In this document: positions 10,975 through 23,981 of the stretch, piece by piece
Layout: each line of letters opens with the position of its first letter
How positions within the stretch are numbered: position 1 is the stretch's first letter
Assembly (NCBI GenBank): GCA_023231475.1
Contig: JALJEE010001258.1
Location: forward strand, 124,001-168,724
DNA length: 44,724 nucleotides
Origin: Seison nebaliae
Lineage: Eukaryota
Direction: 5' to 3'
Notes under the pieces: generated by a model
What the model saw: the letters and a program-made list of their open reading frames with translations, nothing else
The model's database searches: none
Told to the model about the DNA's origin: nothing
Made by a program: the position numbers and the translations under genes

Positions 10975-13900
10975 TTGTTCAGATTGAATGTCGTTATTTT
11001 TTGAAATTCGATTAATTATTGTGGAATCATGATTTGATGATTGATCGAAATCGATAGAATGTCGTTGATTATTTGATGCGTGTCCGGTATAATTAGAGTT
11101 GGTGAAGGTTTGAGGGTTGTCGAGTGATGAAGTCATTGTCAGATGTGGTTTCTCGATATTCTGAGCGATAATCTCATTCTGGAAATTTTTCGTCTCATTC
11201 ATCTCGTCAAGTTGATGATGAGAATAAGTTTGTATCGTTTGATGCGTCTGAAAATCGGTCGGTTGTGTATCATGATGATAATTTTCTTGGAAAATTTTCT
11301 TTTGAATTTGAATTTCTTTCTCTTCTCCTGTTGGTTGTTGTTGTTGTTGTTGGATGTTGTTGAGTTCGAGTTTTTTGATAATCTCTCCGACATTATCCAG
11401 ATAATTATCGGAATCATTCGATGTATTGTCGAATGGGACAAGTGAGGAATTGAGGGGACAAAGTGTCTGGAGATTGTGTGGAATTCGGACGTTTTGATTG
11501 GCAGTAATACTGATACGTCTACCGGTGGCATCAATATATTCTCCTGCGGAATATTCGCCTTTCTTTTTTAAATAATTCTCGTAGTAGAGGAGCATATTTT
11601 TCACGTCGTTCGATCCGTTCGTTGATGGTTCATCACATTTGATCATCGTCTCCAATTCGGTGATGTTTTCCATTTTATTCTCCTGATGAGAATGAGTCAT
11701 CGATTGAGTCATTGACGCACAACTCAATTGGACATTATTTTTCTGTTCATTCATCAAATGTCGACGATTCTTCTCTAACGCCGCCAATATCGTCGAATGT
11801 TTTATACAATATGGTAATTGAGTATATCGACGATCTTCATAAAAACGTGGAATTTCACTTCTCATCACTTGTTCGGTGATGGCCTGATAACTGGTGGGAA
11901 TGTAAACATATGACGATTGACATCGTTTCGATTTGTTGAGATAATCCATCGAGAATGACCGTCGAACTAATCGGTGACATTTCGCATTCGGCCACTCCTC
12001 CACTCGAATGAACAATTTTTGGAGATTAGCTCGTCGTCTCATTCGCAACAATCGACACGTATCCATCACATGAATCGAAAAATAATTCGATTGGTCACAT
12101 CCTTCGTCGTTGACGATGTGTCTCCGTCCGAAATCTTCTCTCAATCTTCCAATTTCCGATTGAAGCAGTTCGTGTCTTTTCCTTTCTTCATAAATCGCTT
12201 TTGTGATATCGAACAAATTGAGTTTGATCTTTGGTCGATTATCATGGAACAACATCAGGTCATAACGGATGGTTGGAGGAGATGGAAATTTCTGATATGA
12301 ATTAAAATTACCCGATCGTTTATTTCTCGATTCTCTATTCTCTTCATCCATCATCTGGAAATTATTTTGAGTTTCAGATTTTTCCATCATTTCAAAATTA
12401 TTTTGATTTTCAGATTTTTCCATCAGTTCAAAATTATTTCGATTTTGAGACTTTTCCATCATTTCAAAATTATTTCGATTTTGAGACTTTTCCATCATTT
12501 CAAAATTATTTTGAGTTTCAGATTTTTCCATCATTTCAAAATTATTTCGATTTTCAGATTTTTCCATCATTTCAAAATTATTTCGATTTTGAGACTTTTC
12601 CATCATTTCAAAATTATTTCGATTTTGAGACTTTTCCATCATTTCAAAATTATTTTGAGTTTGAGATTTTTCCATCATTTCAAAATTATTTCGATTTTCA
12701 GACTTTTCCATCATTTCAAAATTATTTCGATTTTGAGACTTTTCCATCATTTCAAAATTATTTCGATTTTGAGACTTTTCCATCATTTCAAAATTATTTC
12801 GATTTTCAGATTTTTCCATCATTTCAAAATTATTTTGATTTTCAGATTTTTCCATCATTTCAAAATTATTTTGATTTTCAGATTTTTCCATCATTTCAAA
12901 ATTATTTCGATTTTCTGGTTTCTCCATCATCACTTTCGATGTCACATGTCCATCGGAGTTCAGTTTACTGATAATATTCTCTTCCAAACTGTTGGTTGGT
13001 TCGGGTGAAATCGAATCAGTTAATCGAATGGCTAACATGGCATTATCATCAAAATGGTTCCTCATCTGATTATTGATGGATTGAGTGTCATCTGTCAAAT
13101 ATTCTTTCGTTGTCACTTTTGTCGTAGTTGTTGTGGTGGTGGTAGTGGTGATTTGTTCGGGTGATGTCATGGTCAAATTATTCTTCTCGTTCCCACATCG
13201 TTCTCCATCACTCGAAATGATGAGGGCGGATGATGATTGTGGATATTCGTCTTCCGACGTCGTCTGTGTGATGGATTCGGTGAAGGTGTTGGAATATAAC
13301 GTGTCATTGGGTGACGAGCGTTGTGCTTTCAATATATATTTCGATTTCGTCCGAACATCCATGATGATTTCATATCGATGAAGTGATGAAAACGACTGGA
13401 GAATAATTCGATCTAAAACCATTTCTTGGAAACGATCAATGAGGAATTCTGATTTGTTATTACCATCCTCTTCACTCAACCAGAAATACAAATACTCTCT
13501 CAATAAACTGAATGAGACGACGAAATTTGAAATTTTCAACGAACTTTCTTCTTCGTCTTCTTCATTGACATTCAAACTGTTCCAATTGATCAAACTTCTC
13601 ATAATAATTCTCAATTCGTCCATTAATTCGTTGGATAAATTATTCAAAATTTCTCTTCTCTCCTCTTTGAATAAGGTGATGAGGAAGACGGATGAAATAT
13701 TCGCTTTCTTCACTTCTTCTTGATAGAATTCGAGAATGCTCATCGGCAAACGATATTCGACAATCGTCTCACTTTTGATTAATCGTCCGTCACTACTGAA
13801 ATATTCCATATCGACGAGTAGACAATTTTTACTGTGTAATTTAGTAGCGAGTAATTCTGACGGACTACGTGACGAATGGAGAATAGTGAACGTTCGAATT

Positions 13901-16900
13901 TCCTCGTCATTCAATGAATGACAAATGATTTTTATTCGAATATTTGAACGATCAAAACTTCGTTTCTCTTTCTCGAGAATTCGCGCGTCATACATATTTC
14001 GAATCATCAAATTTTGACGTTGCTCCTCCTCCCGATAATAGAAGATGAGAACTCGATTCTCATTTTGTTTAGATTCGAACGAATAAATTTCCGTATGTTG
14101 ACTGGAATCGTGACGAAATTTCATGAGAATGTCTTGAGCACAATGAGGGAATTGCAAATATATTTCTTTCTTCTCATTCTCACTCTCAACGTTCGTTGGA
14201 GACGATTGAATATTCTGGTGTGATGTGTTCCGAAGAGTCTCCATCTGTTTTTTCATGATTTCCGAATCTGTCAAATATTTCAATGTTTGCGATTTCTGTT
14301 GTTGGAGATTCTTCAGGATCTCTTTCTCTCGTTTCGCTATCTCTTTCAAATCGTCGACGATCTGATTTAACTTTTGTCTATTGGATGAGAATCGATTTGA
14401 ATTATTTTCCATATCGTCTGTCTCGTCATCGGAATGGTGACGAATTTCACGTCCCTTCTCGCACACATCGTCTTTGGAGGAAGTTGAATTGAGGAAATCA
14501 GTTTGACATGATGATTCGATCAACACATTCTTATTCTGACCGATACTCAATCGATGTTGATGTTCATTCGAATCGGAGAAATCGGATGAGAATTGTGTCA
14601 TTTCCGAGAGATTCATATCACTCCTCATTTCGGAGGAAGGTGTCGATTTTGACTTACTTATCGTTTTCGAGTTCGTTTGAGATGGTAGTGGTGGGGGTGG
14701 TGGTGGCGGTGAAATGAAATGAATCTTTTCACTCGACTCTAAATATTCATCGAATTCTTTATTTTTCTCGTCGAAAACATTTTCAATTTTATTCTCTTCA
14801 TTCCAAGACAAATCCATTCGATTTCCATCAATTTCATCATCAAATTCTTTTATATTATCCAATTCGTTCGGACGAATTTGTTCGTCTTCCATTTTTAATG
14901 GCATTACAATTCCTTTCTCCAACGACGGCAATGTGGAGAGTGTCGATTTTCGAATGGTCATCGAACCATCACATGATAATCGAGAAGTTGACAAAGTTGT
15001 CGATATTGTGGTGGGAATTCGGGTGGTAGTGGAGACAGGAGGAATGGAAAAGTTTGCTGATAATTCAATTATTACTGATTCATCTTCTTCCTCCTCTTCG
15101 ATTGTTTCGAGACTTTTCTCTTCGAAATAATAAAGATCTTCATTGCTGTTCTCCAGACAATGATCGACCATCTCCTCATTCATCTTAGTTGTTGACGTAT
15201 CTTCCAATTCCATCTGATTATCCTCATCAATCGATTCAACGATTTCTTTTCCCATAAAATTTTCATTCTCCTTCACCAATTCCTCCACAACCATTTCTTG
15301 ATCATCATCTACCGTTTGTGACGATTCTTTCAATTGCACATCCATTTCCGAATGTTCTTCGTTCTCAACATTCTCTACATTCTCTTCCATCATCTTCACA
15401 TTCTCCTCTTCAACTGGGAGAGGTGGAGAAATGTCATTTCCAAAACCATCATCTGGTTTTTTCTCATCAATCGATAATTCTTTATTCGTCATCAATCCCG
15501 TCAGATCAGTAGGGTGTTTGTCCGTTCGGGAATTGTTGATGGTATCGTCTTCGTCCGTATCGGAAATCTCTTCCAATTTGATGGGAATATTTTTAATTTT
15601 CGATTCTTTCACTTCGTCAACATCGTCGGAACCGTTGGAGAAGGTAAACAGATCCTTATTTTCCAAACAATTCAATTCGATTTTGTTAACGAATTCCAGA
15701 TTCTGTAGCAAATTCTGCGACAACAACTCATCGGACGTGAACAATCGACGAAAACCGTCCGGTAACGGTGAGGTTATGGTCGGAATTTTTCTTAAATTCT
15801 GTTCACGATATTCGTTTAACGCACATTCCAAATCGACGAACGAAGACGAATCCGAATGTCCGCACGACGAATGACCGTCATTTAAATTATATTCGTTCTT
15901 CTCCAGATTGAGTGCCGTCGCCAAATTTGACGAATTATTTTCGTTGAAATTAATTTTCAAATCATTTTTATTTCCATCATCAACAATGTGTTGATGGTCG
16001 TTTGGAATGAGCGCCGTGATAATGACATCATTATTCTGATCGTTATTCGTTGTTGTTGTTGTTGGTTGGTCGTCTCTCGCTTTATATAAACATTCGAAAA
16101 CTTTGACGACATCTCTCTCGTCTTCATGAAGACGATCGAGTGCCATAATAATTTTGTTTTCGGTCGAGTCTAATTGTTCGTTGATTTGATTCCGATTAGT
16201 TATCGTGGTTGTTGGTGGGGTGACCGTGGTAGTCAAAGATGACGAATGTAATTTTCCATATCTTCGATTATCTATAGACGTTTCTTTATTCAATTTCCCC
16301 ATCAAATCTTCAATATTTCCTGAGATGTTTATGATTCGATCTTTCAACACATTTTTATCTTCCACCAAATTAACTTGTCCGGGAACGGATTGAATGAATC
16401 GATTTTGATTATTCATTTCCATTCGCTCGTACAGTGAACTCTCTTCCATTACCATCTTCTCCTCCATCAAATTCCGTTTCATATTCTCCAGAGAAATTAT
16501 CGGAAATGTCTTGACTTCCATCATTTCGTACGGATGTTCCTCGTCCGGATTCAACGTCGAATTCGAACTTTCACTTTCGATCGTTTTCTCCAATTTTCTT
16601 CCTTTCTTCTCCAATTCAATTTCCATCAATCTGATTTCGTCATCTTTTCTTGATTTCTCTTGTTCGTTCAACGAACAATTATTTAAATTCTCATCAATCT
16701 GACAATTCACATCAATATCTTCTTCTTCTTCTTCAACTTCATCGTCAATTTCATCGTCAACTTCATCGTCAACTTCATCGTCGAATTGTCGATTGATCGG
16801 TAATTCTTCCGCCACATCATCTTCCGTCAAATGTAATCGACGTTTAGCATCGAATAATAAATTCTCACAAATATCTGAATGTTCGTCATCTTTCAAATTA

Positions 16901-19900
16901 TCTGCATATCGACGAATGTATCGTAATCGTCGTTGTTTCAACGACAAATCTTCAAATTTGTTCTCTTTGTGTTGCATTTGTTCGAAGAATTCGATCTCTT
17001 TCGCAATCCCGCCACTTCTGCCGGAAGTGCACCGTTTCACTTTATCTCTCCCACTCGAATTTCGATTACGATGGAAAGACGACAAATTCTCGATCGGTCG
17101 TCCATTATTACTCCAACGAGCTAATGGTCGAACGTTAAAATTCGTCTCATTCGCTCGTTCGATATCGGTGACGGAAGCGGTTGGTGTCACCATCTCCTTC
17201 GAATCTGTATTCTCATCCTTCATATCATCATTGACATCTTCGATCGTATCATCATCTTCATCATTGGCGAGATTATTCAATTCTTTCTCATCATCATCAT
17301 CATCACCATCGTCATCATCATCATCATCGATTTGAAATTGTTCGATGAATTTATTTTCATCGAAATTTTCCATCAATTTATCATTTTTTATCCCCTCCAT
17401 TTTCTCATAGTTCAAATTTTCATAAGAATCATCAATCGGATGATCGTCATCGTCGAACGAATTCGATCGATGAGCCAATCGACGACGTTTCTGTCGCCAT
17501 TTTTCGATGAGAGACAATCGATTCTCACTCGAACTGTTATCACTACAATTCTCTTCGTTAGAAATTAGATCGATGAGTTTCTGATGTTGTTCGTCATTAA
17601 ACGGATTTTGTTCATTCGTTAACGATTGAGAGGAATTGTTCATTTCATTTCCATCATAATCTGTCACGGATGGTGTGATGAGTTCGGAGGAATTTCGAAT
17701 TCTCTCACTCAACATTAATCGATCGACGTTGTCCGTTGACGTTTGGAGGTTTGTGGGACTAATCTCGTTATTATTCAGCGCATTATTCAACATTCTCATA
17801 TGAGAATCGACCACATTAAAATTGATTTTATTATCTTTCTCCTCTCTGGTCTCCTTCTTCTCCTCTCCGTCCATCGTATCGTTATTGGTGAGAATTATAT
17901 TATCAGATTGAGTGATTAATTGTGTTCGTGCTAGAGCGAAATTTTCCCGATCACTTTTCCTGATAAGTTGAGGCATTTCAAACGCCAAACTATTCGCGTC
18001 ATTCGGTGCAATGAACGAACCTTCAATACTCTCCTGTATCCAGACGTCACTGTTCAATTCGAACGTGATATCATCCGGATTGAAACGTGACATCGACATC
18101 GGCGATTGTTGTTTCAATTGCGACTCCTCAATACTCTTCAGACGTTCTATATTTTTCAAATCTTCCGTTTTCACACACTCCTCCTCACAATAATTCATCA
18201 AACATTTCTCGTTTCTCATAAACGACGTTGCCGAACTCTCATCATCGACACATTTCCGGAACTCTTCATTATCCGAATGATTCGATGATATTTCCATCAA
18301 CAATTTTTGATTTTTTGAATTTTTTCCTTCATCATCATCATCGCCATCACCGTCATTATCGGAAATTTCATTTCGGCTTTTTGTACTTTTCTCTTTCTCC
18401 GTTTCCTCCTCCTCATATTCACCATATTGATCCATATAATTTCTGTCGAATTTCTCATTGACATTTTCGTCATCATCTGATGATATTGGCGAGAGATAAT
18501 CGTTCTGACTCGTTTTCTTCTCATTCAGCGAATAGAAATATGATGTCTTTTCTCTTTTCTCATTGTCATTCTTCTCCGAATGATTTTCATCGTCACGATG
18601 ATAGATATTCGAATCATCTTCATCTTCGTCAACTTCGTCGTCTTCACTCAAAAATAAATCACTCTCATCAAATCGACTTTGGATACGATGTTGTTGTAAC
18701 GATTTAGTTTGAATTCGTTGATGAGAATAATTGAACGTATCGTCGTCATCTTCGCCCAAATCGCCACTCTTCTCATTATCAGTCACGTCCATATTCCTCT
18801 CTTCGTCATTAACGTCATCAGAAGGAATAATATCCGTCATCTTTTTCGGAGTAATTTCTACCACTTCATCCAAATCAATGTCAATGTTCTCATCGAATTC
18901 ATCATCGAAATCGTCGTCGATTAAATATTTCTTGTCCACTTGAATTCTCCCATTATTTCTCGTACATTTAGTGAGTAATTGATCGAAATTATCTTCCTCC
19001 TCTTTCATCACTTCCTCATTCATCATTCCGTCCAGTTCGACTTCCTCTCGATTTGTTCTGTCATTTTCCTGATTATTTTCCTCTAATAAATAATCGGCGG
19101 AATTAGTTCCATTGTCGTCAGTGATCAGATTGAAAATGTCAATGGTCGAATCTTGCTCATTCTCCATTTGACCCGACACATCAGTTACCGGCATCGATTG
19201 ATTATCTGTTACGTCGTCATTACCGTTATCAATATCATCATCGACGATTTGTTGAGGTATCGATCGCTCCTCGATCACCCTCTCATCAGTCATCATTTTA
19301 ACCATTTCTCCTCTCTCCAATGAGACGTTCGGTGGTTGTATTTCACTCGTATCCTCCTCGTCATCGTCGTCGTCGTTCTGATATTTAAACGAATTATTTT
19401 TCCGTAAATGTGACCAATTTCGTCGGTTACAACTCATCAAATTGTTGTCGTCAATGAAGGAATTACGTCGAGAGGTTTGTTGACTCGAATACTCGTCTTC
19501 CGGTGGTCGGACATCTAACAGATTTTCGAAAAATGCCGTTTTCGCTGCCAATTTCACCGATTTCGATCGACGAGGAGCATTTTTGTTGAGATCATCATCG
19601 GACACTTTCGTCGAACTGATGGCGTCCTCGAAGAAGCGTTTACTATGACTAACATCGATTTTCGCCTGGACCAACGTGGAGGAAGCGAATCGACGTTGCA
19701 ATTTATCGTTTCGCGAATATCGCATCGATTCACCATCGAAATTCCGTCGAATATATGACACGTTGCCATGGACACGATTCTTTTGTAGCGACGACGCAGA
19801 CGATGACGAACAATTCCCATTTTTCATTTGTCTCAGAAAATCAGTCGAATCGACATTATGATCGCTCATTTCATATCGTTCTTGCCAAAACGAAATTTTC

Positions 19901-20010
19901 TTCGAAATATTATTCAAATCGATCGATTCCTTACTGTTGTTGTTGTTGTTGTTTTTCATTTTTAGTAATTTATTAATTTCATTATCCATTTTCCTTATTG
20001 GTAATTTCTT

Positions 20011-20042
<32 letters not shown>

Positions 20043-20583
20043 CCGATCCATATGATAATGAAGTTGATTTGATATTGGTGTTGTTGTTGTTGTTGTTGTC
20101 GATGGGAATTGAAATTTCGTTTTCAAATTTCGTCTGTTCGTTAGGCAATTTGGATGTGGTTATTGGCGATGATGATGATGATTGATGATCGATCGTTCCA
20201 CGTAATGGCGCTGTGAACGTGTGTGAAGATGACGAATTTGAATTAGTCAAGTTATCGATTGACGTGATATCTCGTTTCTCGATCGACAACGAATCACTAC
20301 TTATCTCTTTACTGAAAATGTTGGAATCGGACGACGTATTATTCTGGTCGCTGTTGTCGAAACGTATTCGATGATCCTGCTCCAACAACATCTGATGATA
20401 TTCGTTGGATGAGAGTCTCTTCTGTTGGACACTCTTCTTGATGTGGTAGCAATCGGAAGAGTTGGCGAATTGTAGTTGGTTGGTGGGCGTGATCATCGAT
20501 TCATCTTTAATCGCATTAAACTTCTCGATAATGGACCGAAGTCCCTTCTTCACCGACTGATCATTCTTCTCACTATTTATCAT
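9984..20583 (-). CDS. Giant (~3,500 aa) acidic, low-complexity orphan protein; paralogue A of a tandem pair
   Basis: 10.1-kb uninterrupted ORF from ATG 20583. Two short introns (~10453-10503 GTAATT..TTTCAG; ~10253-10310 GTTCAT..TTCCAG) join it in frame to ORF 9984-10220 (..QNMHDDYYSKL..). Shares blocks with 23982-27561. Confidence 0.85.
10915..10972. repeat. (AAT)n coding microsatellite (poly-Asn, ~19 residues)
   Basis: attattattatt... run within the giant ORF. Confidence 0.9.
12355..12930 (-). repeat. Coding 36-bp tandem repeat x16 encoding MMEKS(E/Q)(N/T)(R/Q)NNFE
   Basis: Unit on +: tttttccatcatttcaaaattatttcgattttcaga. Sixteen 12-aa units counted in the translation. Confidence 0.95.
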
Positions 20584-20807
20584 TTCAACTTACTAATTTT
20601 CTCTATTTTTTTTACTAACAATTCATTAGAGAGCAATTCATCCACCAAATGTGTCAATTTGAAAATTATTCTGTAAAAATTAGGAAATTTAAAAAGTATT
20701 ATTAACTGAAGATTGAAGGGAAGAAAATGATGGAAATCTCTCAAAATTCCATATGGAGAATTAAATATGACAAGTAAACAAGAGGAATGAACTAATCTAC
20801 TCCAATT

Positions 20808-20852
20808 CTCTCCCTCCCTCCATCCCTCCATCCATCCATTCATCCATCCATC
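20808..20852. repeat. (CTCC)/(ATCC)n tetranucleotide microsatellite
   Basis: ctctccctccctccatccctccatccatccattcatccatccatc. Confidence 0.75.
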
Positions 20853-21565
20853 ACGAGAAAGTTAGATTAGTGGGAGAAAATCAATATTCGACGGAGAACC
20901 GATGAATGATGATGTGGATGATGATAATGAGTAATCAAAAAAAGATGACGGATAATATTGACCGTTTGGTGGACGAAATGAGTTGGATGAACAAATATAT
21001 AAAAACTAGTTGTAGTCGGACCAGTCGGTTGTTAGCTAATCATAATGATGATTATGAGAATAATAAATAACAAACAAGATTTGGATAGAAATCGAAATTG
21101 AACGACTGAGAGCAATCATGAAATGGGAGAAGAAATTGAACGAAATGAACGGACGATGGTAGATGATCGACCTCATTTTACGCATATTTGAGGTCATCAT
21201 CAATTCATAAAATGCTAGCGTCACTATCAAACTCTATTTGGCTCGTTCACCTCCGTCGTCTCGTCTCCGCTTCACGTACACACATGTGTCGAATGGGAAG
21301 ATGCAGATATGATGGATATATTGAGTGTGCCTTTAAACGTCCTTAATTCTCCAAACCCACCACAAGAAAATAATAATGGAGAAAATTAATGATATTATCG
21401 ATTATTTTCAATTGTCTAAGTCACTCCACATAACTCTCCACCAGCTCTTCCTCAACAATTCCCTTCTTCTTCTTCTTCTTCTTCTCGTTATTGTTATTCT
21501 TCTTCTTGTTGTTGTTGTTACTTCTCTTCTTAACTAATTCTTCTCCTTAGCAAGACTGAATTTCA

Positions 21566-21625
21566 TAGGTAGATAGATAGAATAGATGGATAGATCGATC
21601 GATCGATGGATGGATAGATAGATCG
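21566..21625. repeat. Degenerate (GATA)/(GATC)/(GATG) tetranucleotide run
   Basis: ataggtagatagatagaatagatggatagatcgatcgatcgatggatggatagatagatcg. Confidence 0.7.
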
Positions 21626-22291
21626 TATTCGATTTAGATGAAGGCATGTCATCAACTTTCTCTTTCCCGTTCGTTCTCATGGTGGAGATGAAAGGGCAGT
21701 AAAAAAAACCAGTTTAAATGTTTTATTAATAAGGTATTCGCATTCAATTTGGTTGAATGAGTACAACAATTATGAATGAAGGTGGAGAAATGACAGCATT
21801 TTTTATTATTTAACTAAATAATGCCATTTGGAGATGAGGTGATGATGATGGTGATGGTTTGTGGTGGTGTATGTGCGTTTGGCCCATTCCCTCCAAAACA
21901 TATTTCAATTATTCTCTCGTGAAAGAATGTTATTATATTTATCTTAAAAATTAATTATTTATAATTGTACTTCGGTCGACATCGACGAACTACTAAATAG
22001 ATCTATCTTCACAATCAATCTATATCGATCCCCATCTCTCTCATCCATCTATCCATCTTCTTTGTAAGTTGACTCATTTCTCCTTTTCACTTGTCGCCTC
22101 TTCGCTGGCTACATTCCCTCTCGAATTCAATAGAGTGAAACTTGAAAAATATTTTATCTGTTTAATTCATTTCGTGGCGTTAAATCTCCCCCATCCAATA
22201 TATGAAGACAATGATCCAATCATGCAGAACTGCTCGGTCAATTTGAACGGAAAGAATTGGACTCCATTCTCTAATCATAACATTCGACTGA

Positions 22292-22336
22292 TACTACTAC
22301 TACTACTATTATTATTATTACTACTACTATTACTAT

Positions 22337-22371
<35 letters not shown>

Positions 22372-22372
22372 G
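22292..22372. repeat. (CTA/TTA)n trinucleotide microsatellite, intergenic
   Basis: tactactactactacttattattattactactactattactattactactactacta... Confidence 0.85.
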
Positions 22373-23981
22373 TACGTATACTTCGAAAGATCATTTCAAT
22401 TCCTCCCCACTACCACACATCCCACCTTTTTAAAATTCGTCTATGATTATTGATTTTTAATCGACTTCTCTTCACCCCACCCCACCAATTCGTTTGAATT
22501 CAAATTGCATACAACACCGAAATATTATTGGCAACAAATAATTTACCATTTGACCACCACCACCAACAACAACAACACTCACATTGTGAACTTTATAGTT
22601 TTGATTTTACTATCCTCTCTCGTCATTATTAATCGGCTTTCCTTTTCAACACCTCTCTAAAAAGTGGTTGAACTAAACATTCAACCCAATAAAGACAATA
22701 ATATTGGAGAACAATATGTTTCATAAACATTTAACATTAAAACTCCTAATCAGCGAACAAAGCAGTTAAATATCAACTATTTATATGTTACCCAAAAACA
22801 AAGTCGAATGAGAGAAATAGATATTCAAATATAACGACAGCGCTGGAGGAGATAAATGGTGGAAAAAATTGTTTTTTAGTTTCTAAAGAAACGACTTGTA
22901 TATCTCTCCCTTTATATTGCTATAATTTTGGAAAAGAAAAAAGAGTTTCGATATTGTCATAAACGATGTTATTGTTTCATACGTATTATTATCTCAGCCA
23001 CTTTTCAAAAGTTGAAATTCTTTCTCTTGTTAATGATAGACGATGAATTGAACTGTCTATAAAACTAGCGAGAATTGTAGTAAAAAAGGGCCCGGAAAGA
23101 TAATCGTCAAGATATCCGATCGGGCTACTTATTTTAAATCATCAGAAATCATTCTTGTATTGAACTGCGTTTAGAGCAAGAATCTCTTTCACTTAATCAA
23201 TGGAAGTTGAGGTGATGATTGGAAAGTAACACCTCGTGCGGGGAGGAACCTCGTTAAATAGAGATACAGTTGAACTTCTCCGTTCGAATTGAACGGGACA
23301 ATGAGAGTTAAAATGTTTGTGAAAATCTTTAAAAAATTGATGAGAAACATCGTTTTGTGTTGATTGAGTTACTGTTTCGTCGTATAAGAAAGTAATAAAA
23401 TGAAAACAATCACACTTCCGCCTCGATGACAATACGGTGAATAAGAATGGTGAACGGAAATATATGAACAATTTGAAATATTTCTGAATCGACTCGTCGA
23501 GTCCATCGACACAGCTCGCACTAATATGACATTCGACTCTACGATTATGCGAATGGGATAAATATTAAAACAAATCGAACTATGAGCAATTCATTAGGTC
23601 GAACAGCATCACGCTATTTCACTTTTTGATATTTCCTCAACTTTCACTTTTCACATTTCCTTCACCACATCTCTACATTCCTCCACTTCGTGTGATACTC
23701 GACTTCTTAACGATCTCTCAATCAAATCTTCCTTCTCCAACCGTTTTCTTGCAGATTTTCTTCCCATCGCCACTCTCCCACTTACCATTTACTGCAGACG
23801 ATTTTTCAATATTTTTTGAATATTTTTTAATGTAAAAATGAAAAAAAATTTTAATTATCTAAATTAAATTAATTATTTAATTATATATGAAAATTATTTT
23901 TGAAAGAGAAAGAAAAGTTGAAAAGAAATTTTCATAAGAATCATCATGATGATGATTATAATAAAGTAGGAAATGATAAAT

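Noticed and set aside
12355..12930. CRISPR-like array (36-bp repeat)
   Set aside because: Head-to-tail units with no spacers, in frame within a eukaryotic CDS, no cas genes.
12367..13008. 213-aa plus-strand ORF (FFHHFKIISILR repeats)
   Set aside because: Antisense shadow of the 36-bp coding repeat in the giant gene.
22069..22446. 125-aa poly-Leu ORF
   Set aside because: Product of a (CTA)n microsatellite; non-ATG start.
23516..23552. SECIS element (ATGA...GA core)
   Set aside because: Only ~13 nt between the core motifs; no helix II or apical AA loop; no in-frame UGA gene nearby.
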